Origin: Eledone cirrhosa | Lineage: Eukaryota | Direction of reading: 5' to 3' | Length of the DNA stretch: 64,000 nt | Assembly (NCBI GenBank): GCA_964016885.1 | Contig: OZ024743.1 | Span: 8,556,001 to 8,620,000, forward strand | Shown: positions 11,810 to 24,021 of the stretch, piece by piece | Layout: each line of letters starts with the position of its first letter | Numbering within the stretch: position 1 is the stretch's first letter | Translations under genes and position numbers: made by a program | The notes under the pieces: generated by a model | What the model saw: only the letters and a program-made list of their open reading frames with translations | Database searches by the model: none | Told to the model about the DNA's origin: nothing

Positions 11810-13254
11810 AAATAATGGATAAATGGCTTGCTTGTTTCCAGTGTTGCTATGATGCTTAGAGAGAGAGATGTCTCACCGAGGGACTTTCCCTTGGTGTACT
11901 TCTTGAAGACGATAACCTCTTGTAATACTCTGAAGATCCAAGTGTTTATTGATATACTTGAATAATACTACACATTCAACCACATACTTCTAGCTACACA
12001 CAGTTACATGTGCAGACAGAATAAATCAAATTAAGTTTCTAGGCACTGAACAATTATATCTGATAAGTAATATTTCTTTAATATAATCTGTATCAACAAT
12101 AACCAAACTGTTACTCTCAAGCCGTTTGTGGATCTCAAAGCTTCTATATGAGGTTCCTGAAAGCATATTGGGTTTCAATGTTATTTGTCTTAAAACAATA
12201 TACAGGGACAACATCCTAGGAAACGGGACATTATACGTAAGAAGAACTGTAAATTATTTGTTGTCTGAGTATTCGTCCCTGCAGCGGTTGGGTTATTAGA
12301 AATCACAGAAGGGTCTTCTAGCAACATATATTTCCAGTTTGAACAGTGAAGGCATGTGTAGCTAAACGAAAGTGAGTTGATTGTTTCTGCAGCAAATTAT
12401 TGGGAGTTAGATGGTGTGTCTGAGCTGGGCAGTGGGGTGAGCTCCTGCTGGCCAACAAAATGGCTCAAATAGATTGTGTTTATCATCTCTGCCAGCCAAA
12501 CTACTTCCCATGCGTCCTCGCCGCCGCACAGGCTCCACCAGATTGGGTTGGGTATTAAAGCAAGAGCTTGGCGTTATAACCGATGCAATGGTCTAATGAC
12601 TGAAAACAGTAAAAGAATAAAGTAAAAGAATACTTCATTACTTCATTGTGTATTCATCTGTTTATTTATTGAATCATCATTTTAATTAGTCATTTAATTA
12701 CTATACATTTTAATAATTGTTCCTAAACGATAATTATTTCCAATTTACGGACCTGGTGTATATGTATGTACAGACACACACTCACAATAAATGTGACAAC
12801 TCATGGCTCAATTCTCATTACCTGAAGACAAGACAAAAATAAGGGAAAAAACGTTGGAGGAAACCTTTTGAAAGACATTCCAGTCGTGATGAGCCTGTTT
12901 ATTTTTTCAGACATAGTACATATAGAAGAGGCAGCGAATTGGCAGAGTCGTTAGAACGTCAGATAGAATGCTTTATGGAGTTCGTTCCGGCTCTTTGCTC
13001 ACTGAGTTCAAATCCCGCCGAGGTCAACTTTGCCTTTCACCCTTTCGAGATGGATAAAAAAAAGTACCAGTTTAGTACTGGGGTCGATTCTTCCTCTATA
13101 TCTCTTTCTCATTTCCTCTCTCTTACTTTCTATCTTTCTCTGGAAGAAATCTGCTGTGCTCAGGCCTGGAGAGGGATGGGTTCCGCCGGGTTTTAAAATG
13201 CCCAAGAAACGCCGTGTGTCAATACGGAGCCCCTACGACTCCATCAGGAGTTAC

Positions 13255-13519
13255 GGGGCAATATAGATCACCTTGACCGACCAGTCTGTCGGGCGACAAT
13301 CGGCGCCGCTGGTCACAGCACGTCGTGTTGTTTTAGCCATAAGATAACGCCCTCCCACTGGCTGGGCGGGCAGGCCGGTACTCATTTCTACAGCTAAGTA
13401 AACTGGAGCAACGTAAAATAAAGTGTCTTGCTCAAGGAAACAACACATCACCCGGTCTGAGAATTGAACTCACAACCTTTCGATTGCAAGCCCAATGCTT
13501 TAACCACTAAGCCATGCGC
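13255..13519 (-). mobile_element. tRNA-derived CORE-like SINE, family B
   Basis: Minus strand gcgcatggcttagtggttaa...gtgagttcaattc...ccttgagcaagacact; homologous to 59061-59203. Confidence 0.75.
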
Positions 13520-13878
13520 TATAGATATAGAAGGGAATTATCCTATATGTCCTCTTTATTTCAAGATGATACAGTGTAATTTGAGGAATATTTTTGCTGC
13601 AATTTCTTCCAATATTAGTAACCAGGTAGATGGCTCCCAGTATCCCCCATAGATATATTTCTAATATTATTCAAACACAAACAATATAATCTTATTCTAT
13701 TATCATTTCTGTTCTTTTATCTCACATCCTCTCACATTATTCTATATTAAATGCGCTTACCTATTTCATTTACTTATCTGTTTCAGTTATCTCCCACATA
13801 TGTGTGTGTGTGTGTGTGTACCGATATATATATATGTCCCCCAAAAATGTATACAACACTGATTCTTTGTTCCTTTAT

Positions 13879-13915
<37 letters not shown>

Positions 13916-13919
<4 letters not shown>

Positions 13920-14102
13920 AAGGAGTTGTGGTAAGGAACCAGATGGACCATAACGCACCAGAGTACTCAATACTTAGGGTAGTAGAGTGGGTAATAGGAA
14001 AAAGTATGACCCCGACGGTAGAGCTCAAGCCGTTTCGACGGCTATTTCTGGTCCAGAAATAACCGTCGAAACGGCTTGAGCTCTGCCGTCGGGGTCATAC
14101 TT

Positions 14103-14106
<4 letters not shown>
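13916..14106 (-). repeat. PLE-like repeat (family P1) ending in a 109-bp palindrome (13998-14106) that carries the 3' half of a hammerhead
   Basis: GAAA-cggc..gccg-TC-ggggtc; (TA)n on both sides; homologs near 26160, 26400, 33018 and 57850. Confidence 0.7.
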
Positions 14107-14145
<39 letters not shown>

Positions 14146-14257
14146 AGATGAATACATTGAATATAATACCAGTTTCTTACTAAATGCGAAGAACCTCGAT
14201 ATAATAACCCCTTAGGAGAGGGCACAGAGCATAATTTTTTTAAATTATATATATATA

Positions 14258-14500
14258 CAGTGACGATGGAAATGGTGGGGTGCCCTTCCCCCCCCCCCCT
14301 CCCTCCAATAATTATATTTTCTCTCCAAACTACCAAAACTCACATCTATTTGGATATGCGCTACAATTTATGTACATGTTATGTTTATCGCGTATCGATA
14401 TTTTCTGGCCACTTTAGATTGCACAGAGCTAAACTAATAACTACAACTAAATTGTCCAAATTTACCCGCCCCCAATTCAGAAATGCTTCCACCGCCCCTG
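14258..14500. mobile_element. hAT-like MITE; partial homolog at 40019-40135
   Basis: cagtg.. start, ..ccaccgcccctg end; internal sequence shared with 40070-40135. Confidence 0.5.
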
Positions 14501-15047
14501 ATGTATATGTTTCACGTATACACACTCACATTATAGTATTACTGGTCTTGTGCATAAATTTAAGAGCATATCTAAGGGATGTAACTGATGTTCAAAACGT
14601 TAACACATAACTCAATACCATTGGTTTAGACACTTTTTTTACTTTCAAGCATTTGAAGTATTTCCAGTCTTCATATAGGTTTATCAGTAAAACAATTATT
14701 GTTATTATTTTTTTTTAGATAAGAATTCATGATCTTTTAGATTGTGTGAGTTTTTGTGAGTATTTGTGTACGTCTGTGTGTGTTGAGGAGAGACAGTGAG
14801 ATAGAAAGAGAGCGAGAGAAAGATGGAGAGAGAAAGAGAGTGAGTGAGAGAGACAGTGTGTGTGTGTGAGCGAGAAAGAGAGCGAGAGCAAGATGGAAGG
14901 AGAAAGAAAGTGAGAGAGAGAGAGAGAGAGAGAGTTTCTGTGTGTGTGTGTGTGTATCTAATAGAGGTGACAATGTCTGAGTTTGTGTTTCTCGTTCGGT
15001 GAAAACTGTAATTTCTTTAAATATTATGGAATCATCTTATCAAATGA

Positions 15048-15097
15048 TTATGTTAACTCTACGTAAATTGATAAGGAATCAGCTGTTGAATATGATC
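15048..15097 (-). CDS. Probable terminal exon (..SYSTADSLSIYVELT-stop) of an uncharacterised mollusc-family protein
   Basis: Strong acceptor ttttttttgatttacag and TAA at 15050-15048. The ADxLxIYV ending resembles the C-terminus of the family recognised at 21987-22147 (from recall, not searched). Confidence 0.5.
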
Positions 15098-15179
15098 CTG
15101 TAAATCAAAAAAAAATGGTTTCATGTCATTATAAAATCAACAAATGAAGGTTGTAAGTTAGTAGGATGTACACAAAGCT

Positions 15180-15665
15180 GGTCGCTTCGCTCACCGAGTT
15201 AAACCTGATCATCAAGCGGGCCCTATCTTGCTCGGGTAAATATTCCCTCAATTCTGGAACAGGCTGGATTATCCAGAATTATGGGAAGAGACCAGATGGT
15301 GTCATTCTTTGTCCCTTGATAAGAGGCAGATGTCTCGTTTGAGACACCACAGTCAGTGACTCTTTTACTCTTTCCCACATCATGGACGCCGCAGTAAATG
15401 TTAAGGTTACTGCTTCCCTAGCCGAACGGAATAAAATCCTGAAATACCGGGATTTATTAATTAACTATTTTTTCCAGCCTGTGGCATTCGAGACGGTTGG
15501 TGGAGCTGAGCCGCTGACAGCGAAGTTCTTTTCATCGTTGGCGGTTCGCCTTACTGAGAAGTAGTGCGGTGTATGTGAGGGTGCCTGGTTGTTTCAGCGC
15601 CTTGGCCTCGCCACCACCCGCAGTAAGGCTACGAGCATATTGGCTTGCCTCAACATTTTCCATTG
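15180..15665 (+). mobile_element. CRE-like non-LTR retrotransposon 3' fragment (restriction-like endonuclease)
   Basis: KRPDG, KILKY, FQPVAFETVG and WLFQRL motifs, with stops. Confidence 0.8.
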
Positions 15666-15852
15666 GCCCTTAAGGTGTGTGACCGATTGACGCACTTGGT
15701 GGTGAATTGAATATTTTTTTTTCCTCGCTTTGATCATATATTTTTGTGAATTATATTTAAAAGGTCCCTAGCAATAATTAATTGTATATCTTTCATTCTG
15801 TAAGAAGTATTCAATAAGAAATAAAATTATTAAGTTCTCAGATTAATATAAA

Positions 15853-16230
15853 CTAGCTGAATAACCCGGCGTTGAGAGAGATAACCCCCCTCTCTATATA
15901 TTATAACACCCCTCTCTCTCTATATATATATATCTAACCCCCTCTCTCTAAATATATTAAAAACCCCCTCTATATATATATAAACCCATCCCTTTCTCTA
16001 TATATTAAAACCACCCTCTCTATATATTATAACACCCCTCTCTGTCTCTCTCTCTCTATATATATATAACCCCTCTCTCTATATATATTTTAACCCTCCT
16101 TTCTCTATATTATAAGCCCCTTCTATACATTATAACCCATCCCTTTCTCTATATTATAAACCCCCCTCTTTAAATATAATATAACCCCCTCTATATATAT
16201 GTGTTATAACCCCCCTTCTCTATATCTAAA
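15853..16230 (-). repeat. Helitron-like 3' end followed by a degenerate minisatellite (tataacccccctctctata)n
   Basis: actagctgaataacccggcgttg terminus; about 14 degenerate 20-25-bp units. Confidence 0.5.
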
Positions 16231-16315
16231 CTATAATAAAGGAAGGTCTGCGGGACTGCGTACAGTTTATTTCTTTTAATCCAGTTAGTAAAATAAGTTG
16301 GATTACTTTGAATAA

Positions 16316-16509
16316 ATAATTGTTTCTACTTTTGGCACAAGGCCAGTAATTATCCCAGTGCATTACTGGTACTTTATTTTATCGACCCCGTAAGGATGAA
16401 AGGCAAAGTTAACCTCGGCGGGATTTGAACTCAGATCATAAAGGGGCGTAACTCTATACGTGAAAGCATGGCGTCCGACCCTCTACCGATACTGCCAATC
16501 GACCACCCT
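16316..16509 (-). mobile_element. SINE family A copy
   Basis: Reverse complement of 839-1028. Confidence 0.85.
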
Positions 16510-16721
16510 TACTTTGAATAAATAATGAATGAATATTACATAATGTATGTCCTAAATTTCGTAAACATAAGTAATTTCGTAAAAATAAATAATTTAAAAT
16601 TGACTTCTTTTCAAAGTTGCACTTCCGGTATATCGTCGCCACCACCACCACTTCAACTACCATATATATAGAAAGACAGAGTGTGTGATGAGAGAGATAG
16701 AGAGATTATGATTTTCTACAT

Positions 16722-16975
16722 GCTGACAGAACACGGTATTTAAGGATTTTGTTCCGTTCAGCTGCGGATGATGTAGCTCTCGCCCTTACCGCTGCATCCA
16801 GGATGTGGGAAGAATCAAAAGAGTCACTAACTGTGACGTCCCAGGTAAGGCACCTGCCTCTTGACCAGGAGCACAGAGTAAGACCGTCAAGTGTTTTCCC
16901 ATCAATTCAGGACAACCCAGACGGTTCCAAAATTGAGGCGATGTTTTCCCGGTCAAAACTCTTGAGTGGTAACAG
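16722..16975 (-). mobile_element. Second CRE-like REL fragment, inverted relative to 15180-15665
   Basis: Minus strand reads RGRCLTWDVTVSDSF...AAERNKILKYR. Confidence 0.8.
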
Positions 16976-17029
16976 GACAGTGTGTGTATGTACCCGCGCG
17001 TGAGTTTGTCGGCGTTCTTAAATTAGAGA

Positions 17030-17077
<48 letters not shown>

Positions 17078-17214
17078 ACTGTTTTTAAGTTAGACATATA
17101 TATGTATGTATCCCTTTCCTTGCTTTTACACACACATACATTCACACAAACACACAAACACATTGCGTGATGGACGTGTGGACAGAAGTCCCTTAAATTT
17201 ATATACATGTGAAT

Positions 17215-17655
17215 GGAGTTCTGCTGAAGCAGTTAGAGAAGTTCAAGTATCTTGGGCCGTGTTCATGAGTGATGGAATGCAGGAGGCTGAATTAAGTGCA
17301 AGAATTGCAAAAGCTGATGCAGTAATGCGCCAGCCTCAGCATTCAGCAATCAGATGAGGGGTGGGGGTGGGGGGTAAGTGTAAAAGCCAAACTAGCTGTC
17401 TTCCTGGTATTCCTCCCAACTCTTACCGAGGATCATGAATCTTGAGTAATGACCAAAAGAATACAATTGCAAATAAAAATGACAGAAATTGGATTCCTCC
17501 GAAGGGTCTTTGGAGTAACGTTACTCGATAAAGTTCATAACTCAGAGACCAGAGACTCACTCCTGGTAGAGCCGCTATTTCTCCGAATTGAGAGATCACA
17601 ACTCCGATATTATAAGCATGTGGTTAGATGTCTCAGTAAAGAATCGCTGGACACA
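17215..17655 (+). mobile_element. RTE LINE RT C-terminal fragment
   Basis: ELSARIAKA, EIGFLRRVFGVTLLDKVHNSE and IERSQLRYY motifs. Confidence 0.8.
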
Positions 17656-17659
17656 TGAT

Positions 17660-18045
17660 AAATAATTATTGTGGGTAAAATGGTGGGTAAAATGATTATT
17701 GTGGGTAAGCTGTGGGGTAAAATGATTATAATGGGTAAAATTGTAGGTAAAATAATTATTGTGGGTAAAAAGATGGGTAAAATAATTATTTTGGGTAAAA
17801 TGATGGGTAAAATAATTATTTTGGGTGCTGGTAGGTAAAATGATTATTGTGGGTAAAATGGTGGGTAAAATGATTATTGTGGGTAGTGGTAGGTAAAATG
17901 ATACTGTGGGTAAAAGGGTGGGTAAAATGGTAGGTTGAATAATTATTGTGGGTAAAGTGGTGGATAAAATGATACTGTGGGTGAATTGGTGGGTAAAATA
18001 ATTATTGTGGGTAAAATGGTAGGTAAAATAATTATAGTGGGTAAA
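17660..18045. repeat. Minisatellite, ~30-bp unit aaaataattattgtgggtaaaatggtgggt
   Basis: Direct reading; internal gtgggtaaaat subrepeat. Confidence 0.9.
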
Positions 18046-19240
18046 AAACGGATCCCCCCCAAAAAAATAAAATACGGATCCCTCCCAAATAAAAACGGAC
18101 CTCAAATAAAAAACAGATCCCCCTTCCCCCTCAAATAAAAAACGGACCCCAAATAAAAAATGGATCCCCTCCAAATAAAAAACGGACCCCAAATAAAAAA
18201 ATGGATCCCCTCCAAATAAAAAACGGACCCCAAATAAAAAACGGATCCCCTCCAAATAAAAAATGGACCCCAAATAAAAAAAGGATCCAAAATAAAAAAC
18301 GGACCCCAAATAAAAATGGATCAACCCCAAAATAAAAAACGGCTCCTCCCCAAATAAAAAACGGATCCCCCCCAAATAAAAAACGGATCCCCTCCAAATA
18401 AAAAATGGACCCCAAATAAAAAAAGGATCCAAAATAAAAAACGGACCCCAAATAAAAACGGATCACCCCCAAAATAAAAAAACGGCTCCTCCCCAAATAA
18501 AAAACGGACCTCAAATAAAAAACGGATCCCCCCCAAATAAAAAACCGATCCCTCCAAATAAAAAACGGACCCCAAATAAAAAACGGACCCTAAATAAAAA
18601 CCGGACACCCCCCCCCCCCCCCCCCCCCAATAAAAAACGGATACCCCCCAAATAAAAAACGGACCCCAAATAAAAAACGGATCCCCTCCAAATAAAAAAC
18701 GGATCCCCCCCCCAAATAAAAACCGATCCCTCTCAAATAAAAAACGGACCCCAAATAAAAAACGGAACCCCTCCAAATAAAAAACGGACTCCAAATAAAA
18801 AACGGATCCCCCCAAATAAAAAACGGATCCCTCCAAATAAAAAATTGACCCCAAATAAAAAAAGGATCCCAAATAAAAAACGGACCCCAAATAAAAACGG
18901 ATCACCCCCAAATAAAAAACGGATCCCCCCTAAATAAAAAACGGACCCTAAATAAAAACCGATCTCCCCCAAATAAAAAACGGATACCCCCAAATAAAAA
19001 ACCGATCTCTCCAAATAAAAAACGGATCCCAAATAAAAAACGGATCCCCTCCAAATAAAAAACGGATCCCAAATAAAAAACGGATTCCTCCCAAATAAAA
19101 AACAGATCCCCTCCAAATAAAAAATGGACCCCAAATAAAAAAAGGATCCCAAATAAAAAACGGACCCCAAATAAAAAACGGACCCCAAATAAAAAAACCG
19201 ACCCCCCCCCCCCCCCATAAAAAACGTACCCCAAATAAAA
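18046..19240. repeat. Minisatellite, 18-22-bp unit aaataaaaaacggaYcccc
   Basis: About 60 units; source of the spurious FFIWG/SVFYL ORFs. Confidence 0.95.
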
Positions 19241-19453
19241 GCATGGCGTCCGACCCTCTACTGATACTGCCAATCCAAATGATTTGTAATATTCACTTGA
19301 CATATAATCTTCACTTCCTGCTGTTTAATAGAATAGTTTTCTTTTACTTTACTTGATAGAAGGAATTGAAAACACCAATGTTATACCTAACACAAACTGA
19401 TTTTTGTGTGGTTCCAATATATTTAGAATTAGGATTTTCAATTTTATATTATT

Positions 19454-19587
19454 TAGGTCAAATGGGGGTATTAAGCCCCAGGGGATAATAAGCTCCACCA
19501 CACTACAAAAGCATTATATTTATAATGCATTTGTAGTGTGGTGGAGCTTAATGCTGTCTGGGGCTTAATACTCCCGTTTACCCTAAT
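19454..19587. repeat. Imperfect palindrome / MITE-like hairpin
   Basis: taagctccaccacactacaaa pairs with tttgtagtgtggtggagctta; gtattaagccccag pairs with ctggggcttaatac. Confidence 0.8.
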
Positions 19588-19649
19588 ATAAAGTCTAGTG
19601 TGAATGTTTGTATCCAGTTAAAGTTATACAGTTATTTTCAATGTAAAGC

Positions 19650-20865
19650 ATAGTGCAGTGATTCACAGGGTAGAGTGAAAGAATATTCTGTTGTATACGA
19701 TGAACGTACCTTTTTGTCTATTATGCCAACATATTTTGACAAATGAATCAAGCAATCTTCTTGCTCATTTAGGGGTAAAACATATTAACCATGCTATTAT
19801 AAAATTGAAATATTTTAAATCAATCTATTTGAATATAGATTTTAAAATCCCTTTATTATTCGCTGCGCAAACTACAGTTCTAAATCGTACCCCTAAAGCT
19901 AGCTATGAAATTACTCTGCTGATAGCAACATAGGAATAATTATACGATTGGCGAAGAACTCGCAATATCAATTTTTCTCAGAACAGTTAAGCAAATGAAT
20001 GACATAAATGTCCAAGCAATGTCACTGAATAATAGTACCGTCTGCAACAGAAGTTGAAATCAGAACACTCTGAATACAAATAGATGAACATTGAGGGTCT
20101 GTTATTGGCATTCATTAGATATATTGATCAGGAAAAGCTTCAAGAAGAAATATCGTTTTTAATCAATAGAAACAACCACTACAACAATTGATATCTACAG
20201 CAATCTCAAACATTATTTGAAATACCAAAAGAAAATGGTGTGTTGCAGATAAGGTACCTGCTATGCTGGGTGTAAAAAAAGACGATGTTTTAAACTAATC
20301 AAGGGGGAAAATCCAAACATGTGTTGTCCACTAAGAAATATTAGTTTCTAAGAAAATGTTCCCCTGTTCTACACGGGACACAGCATGCTGTGTGATAAAG
20401 TGTATCTGGACCGTCAAAACCAATGCTGAATGTGAACGTCTTTTTAAACAGTTTTGTGTCGATAAAAATACAGAACACTAGATTATTGATTCAGAGATAG
20501 TTGTCAAATGAAAACTGATATTCTTATCTTCTCGTGAAATGATTTGTGATGTAACTGGCACCAAATCGTAACACCTCAGCTCAGATTTCCCCTTTGTTTA
20601 CTACGATTCAATTTACTACATCATATATTGAAGGTACAATGTTCAAAGAGGTAACGATAGGGTACTGTTTCATGGCATCAATTACTGCATCACGATTAAA
20701 CAAATCAGAAAATGTTTAATCTAGTTACTTGCGATCTATGTTGATTTATTGAATAGAGTGGAACTCCCCTTAGAAAGCAAGAGCTCTGGTGTTGAACATT
20801 TAAGCCCATAAGATTACCTTATGAGATTATAAATCTTCTTACTGTTATTTGCATCAGCGATAACT
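19650..20865 (+). mobile_element. Decayed hAT (Buster/SPIN-like) transposase
   Basis: PFCLLCQHILTNES (BED finger), KASYEITLLIA, TIGEEL, LLAFIRYID and RLFKQFC motifs across frameshifts. Confidence 0.75.
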
Positions 20866-21251
20866 TGAATGTATCGAGCAAAACCTCCCCCCCCCCTCAT
20901 TCTACGTATCTGTCAGAGGGATCGCTACAGTTGAGATTTTATACTCTTACTAGACCACCCGTGACCCGTTGGTTCACGTTCACTTCAAAATAATTTTTAA
21001 ATAATTAAAATATACACAGACATGTATATAATGTAAAATGAAATTGGAAGGCCCATGTATATATGTATGTGTATGTAAATATGTGTGTGTATATACATAT
21101 ATATATATATGGGGGGGGGTGTCTGTGACCTATATACACAGGTCAAAGACAGATACACACACACACATCGATCTAGATACAGTAATGCTGTATTCGATTC
21201 TTTGAAGTCACTTGTTAGAATTTCATTCGAAAACACAACCAGCTCTCTCCC

Positions 21252-21338
<87 letters not shown>

Positions 21339-21489
21339 CTTTCAATCTACTCTCTCACAACCACTATCTATTTCTCTCTATCTTTCTCTCTCTCTATTTA
21401 TGAAGGTACCCAGAAAAACCCCGTATTTCGGGAACCCGTGCTCCAATTTACGCGAAACTTGTTTTATTCCATCTGTATTCTCATTTCAG

Positions 21490-21760
21490 GGGCAACTTCC
21501 TTTCAAAGTATTTTCCCATTATGCGTAGTTTTGGCTGCATTGCATTACAGACAAGCACACCATCACAGAGCTTTGGCAGTATAGATAGAACATGAACAAG
21601 TCCTAGATTCCACTGATCATCTGATAGGCAACCATGAAATAATACCCTGAAAGCATTGCCTTTTTCAGACAGGCGTCTCTGGACCACATTATTTTCATCA
21701 AACCACAGCCTATAACTGGTTGTAGCATATCACAATATTTAGGCAGAGCATTGAAAAATC
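21490..21760 (-). mobile_element. Old RTE LINE fragment
   Basis: VQRRLSEKGNAFRVL...ILPKLCDG...LRIMGKYFERKL aligns by eye with the RTE motif RIxKAxxAFGRL...VLPTLLYG...LExFHxRCL. Confidence 0.5.
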
Positions 21761-21986
21761 TGGTCTCAAAATTCTTCTCATGTTGTCATATCTTTGATGT
21801 TGGATAAACGGTTCTAAAATTCTTTCCTTGCTACAAGATCGCATATCTTACAAACATTCAATTACCAACTGAAAGTTTGCTCTCCTTAGACACTGAACAG
21901 GTGTTTAAATACGTGGGGGATGCACGTGTGTGTGTGCACGCGTTTGTATAAATGCATGTTTCCTTAAATGTTTAAAACAAATATAC

Positions 21987-22147
21987 CTCGCATCAAACAA
22001 AGAGAACATAGCAAAGCTTTCATTAAAATCTTGCCATGGAGCATGTAGAACTCTATCTTTGCGAAACCAGCTTCTATTGTTTGAACCTTTTCCATTGAAT
22101 GTAATTGTCACAACATCAATTTTGTCTTTGTCAAGAACCACTTCCAC
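21987..22147 (-). CDS. Internal exon of an uncharacterised mollusc-family protein: VEVVLDKDKIDVVTITFNGKGSNNRSWFRKDRVLHAPWQDFNESFAMFSLFDAR
   Basis: Acceptor ttaatttcag, donor gtatat, open 161 nt, phase 0 to 2. The FNGxGSxxxxWFxxxRVLxxxW motif is recalled from uncharacterised molluscan proteins. Confidence 0.65.
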
Positions 22148-22951
22148 CTGAAATTAATAAAATCAACAGCCAGTGGTGTGATGATAGCATTAAAAGTTAT
22201 ATAAGATCTGATACCTCAACATGTATTAACATTTAGAGATAACAACCAAGAGAGCCACTCGGTGAAACAAAGAGTTTATAGTGTAGGCCAGTTGTTCCCA
22301 GCCCAGAGTCCGAATGATATTGCTGTGGGTTCGTGGGATAAGTTCACAATTTCAATGATTTTGTTAAAAGCATTGAATATGCTATTCGGTATCTAAGAAT
22401 AAACATTTCTCTCTTGCTATAGTTATTCTCGCCGAGGCGGGGTGTAATTGTATTGGGAATGGAAGGAGCCATGCGAAAAATTCAAAATATAAGGGATCCC
22501 TGGTACTAAAAGGGTTAGGAACAGGTAGTGCAGACACTCGATCTGTTAAAACCAAGGCCAAAATAGTGCACGCACACACACACACAGACAATCACACACT
22601 TACCCACGCTCGGAGGTAGGTGTGGTGAGGTGAGTTAGTGATGTTAGTTGTGGAATACACGAGTATTCTGACCTCATTAGTGGAGGATGGGTGAGAGGTA
22701 TTAGTATAGGCTTCTATATATATATGTCGACAGTCTTTCGGCAAATCAGACCGAGGAAACAATGTTTCCATTAGTCTTTCCAATTGCTAACACTATCTGT
22801 CGGTCGCAACTCCAGGTAGAAGGGGCAACGTGAAATAAAGTGTCTTACCCAAGGACATAAAGCATCGCCCGGTCCTGGAATCGAACTCACAACCTCACGA
22901 ACAACCTCGTGAAGGCGCGTGGCTGAGTGGTTAGATAATTATATATAAATA

Positions 22952-23034
<83 letters not shown>

Positions 23035-23056
23035 TGTAATACTGTAATATATATTA

Positions 23057-23699
23057 TCTATATATATAAAGCTGTGGTTGTCTGTCTGTCTATCGATTTT
23101 AGAATCTCTGACGGAATTACACCGAAATTGCTATACTTGTACATTGAGCCCTAGCGAAGACATCGGAAAAAAAATATTTCAAATTGACCCACCCTATGTG
23201 ACGAAATCGAATCTAATGTATCGATTTTTGAGCGTAAGTGACGAGTTATTTCCCTTTGTTCTGTTTACATTGAGCGTCTTACGTTCTGTTTACATTTTTT
23301 GCGTGCAAAAATTAAAAAAAATTACGCTGGCTTTCTCAGCGTTTAAAATGACATTAACACAATACACGAACAGTTGTCGAGCCAGCAAAATTTTGACCTG
23401 CAAAATTCATCAGTTCGAACACTAAGCTTCCGTTTTGCTTCATTTCCATTTAAAAGCCTTTTAGAACAATATTTTTACTTGAAAACAAGTCTATTTAAAG
23501 ACTACGTAAAACAAGCAAATATTTCGTAAAAAAAAGCAAAAATTATATAAGTTTATTTAAAATATATGTATCTGTAAATTTCGTTAGGCGTGCAGACAGA
23601 CAGTCGCGCAGACAGACTTTAAGCCAAAAAAGAAACTTAACATTGTAACTTTAACACAGCTACTGAGCGACCCCGAGCAACGCCGGGCTTTACTGCTAG
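23057..23699 (+). mobile_element. Non-autonomous Helitron (~640 bp)
   Basis: A|TCTATATATATAAA start, (GTCT)n near the 5' end, hairpin cccgagcaacgccggg, CTAG|T end, no TSD. Confidence 0.8.
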
Positions 23700-23951
23700 T
23701 ATATATATATAAATGTTATCTGAGTTTTTCGAATATCAATAATAATATTCGATTCGTTTGCAATTATGCAAACAGCCTCTTTTATAAGCCATGTCAGTAG
23801 AATGAGCCCCTCATTCTCGCTTTAGTTGCTAGTATATATGTAAATATATATATATATACATATATATATATACACATATATATATATACATACATATATA
23901 TATACATATATACATATATATATACATACATATACATACATACATATATAT

Positions 23952-24019
<68 letters not shown>

Positions 24020-24021
24020 TA

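Noticed and set aside
18046-19240. CRISPR-like periodicity
   Set aside because: No unique spacers, eukaryotic context, no cas genes.
17596-19303. Long minus-strand ORFs (up to 278 aa) rich in FFIWG/SVFYL
   Set aside because: Translations of a stop-poor minisatellite, open in several frames.
20760-20845. Minus-strand VRRFIIS as the missing exon of the mollusc-family gene
   Set aside because: Immediate stop; the plus strand is better explained as the hAT transposase C-terminus.
21481-21647. Phase-compatible exon VLFHGCLSDDQW after tttcag
   Set aside because: The surrounding peptide fits RTE reverse transcriptase motifs better; kept only as a possible exonisation.
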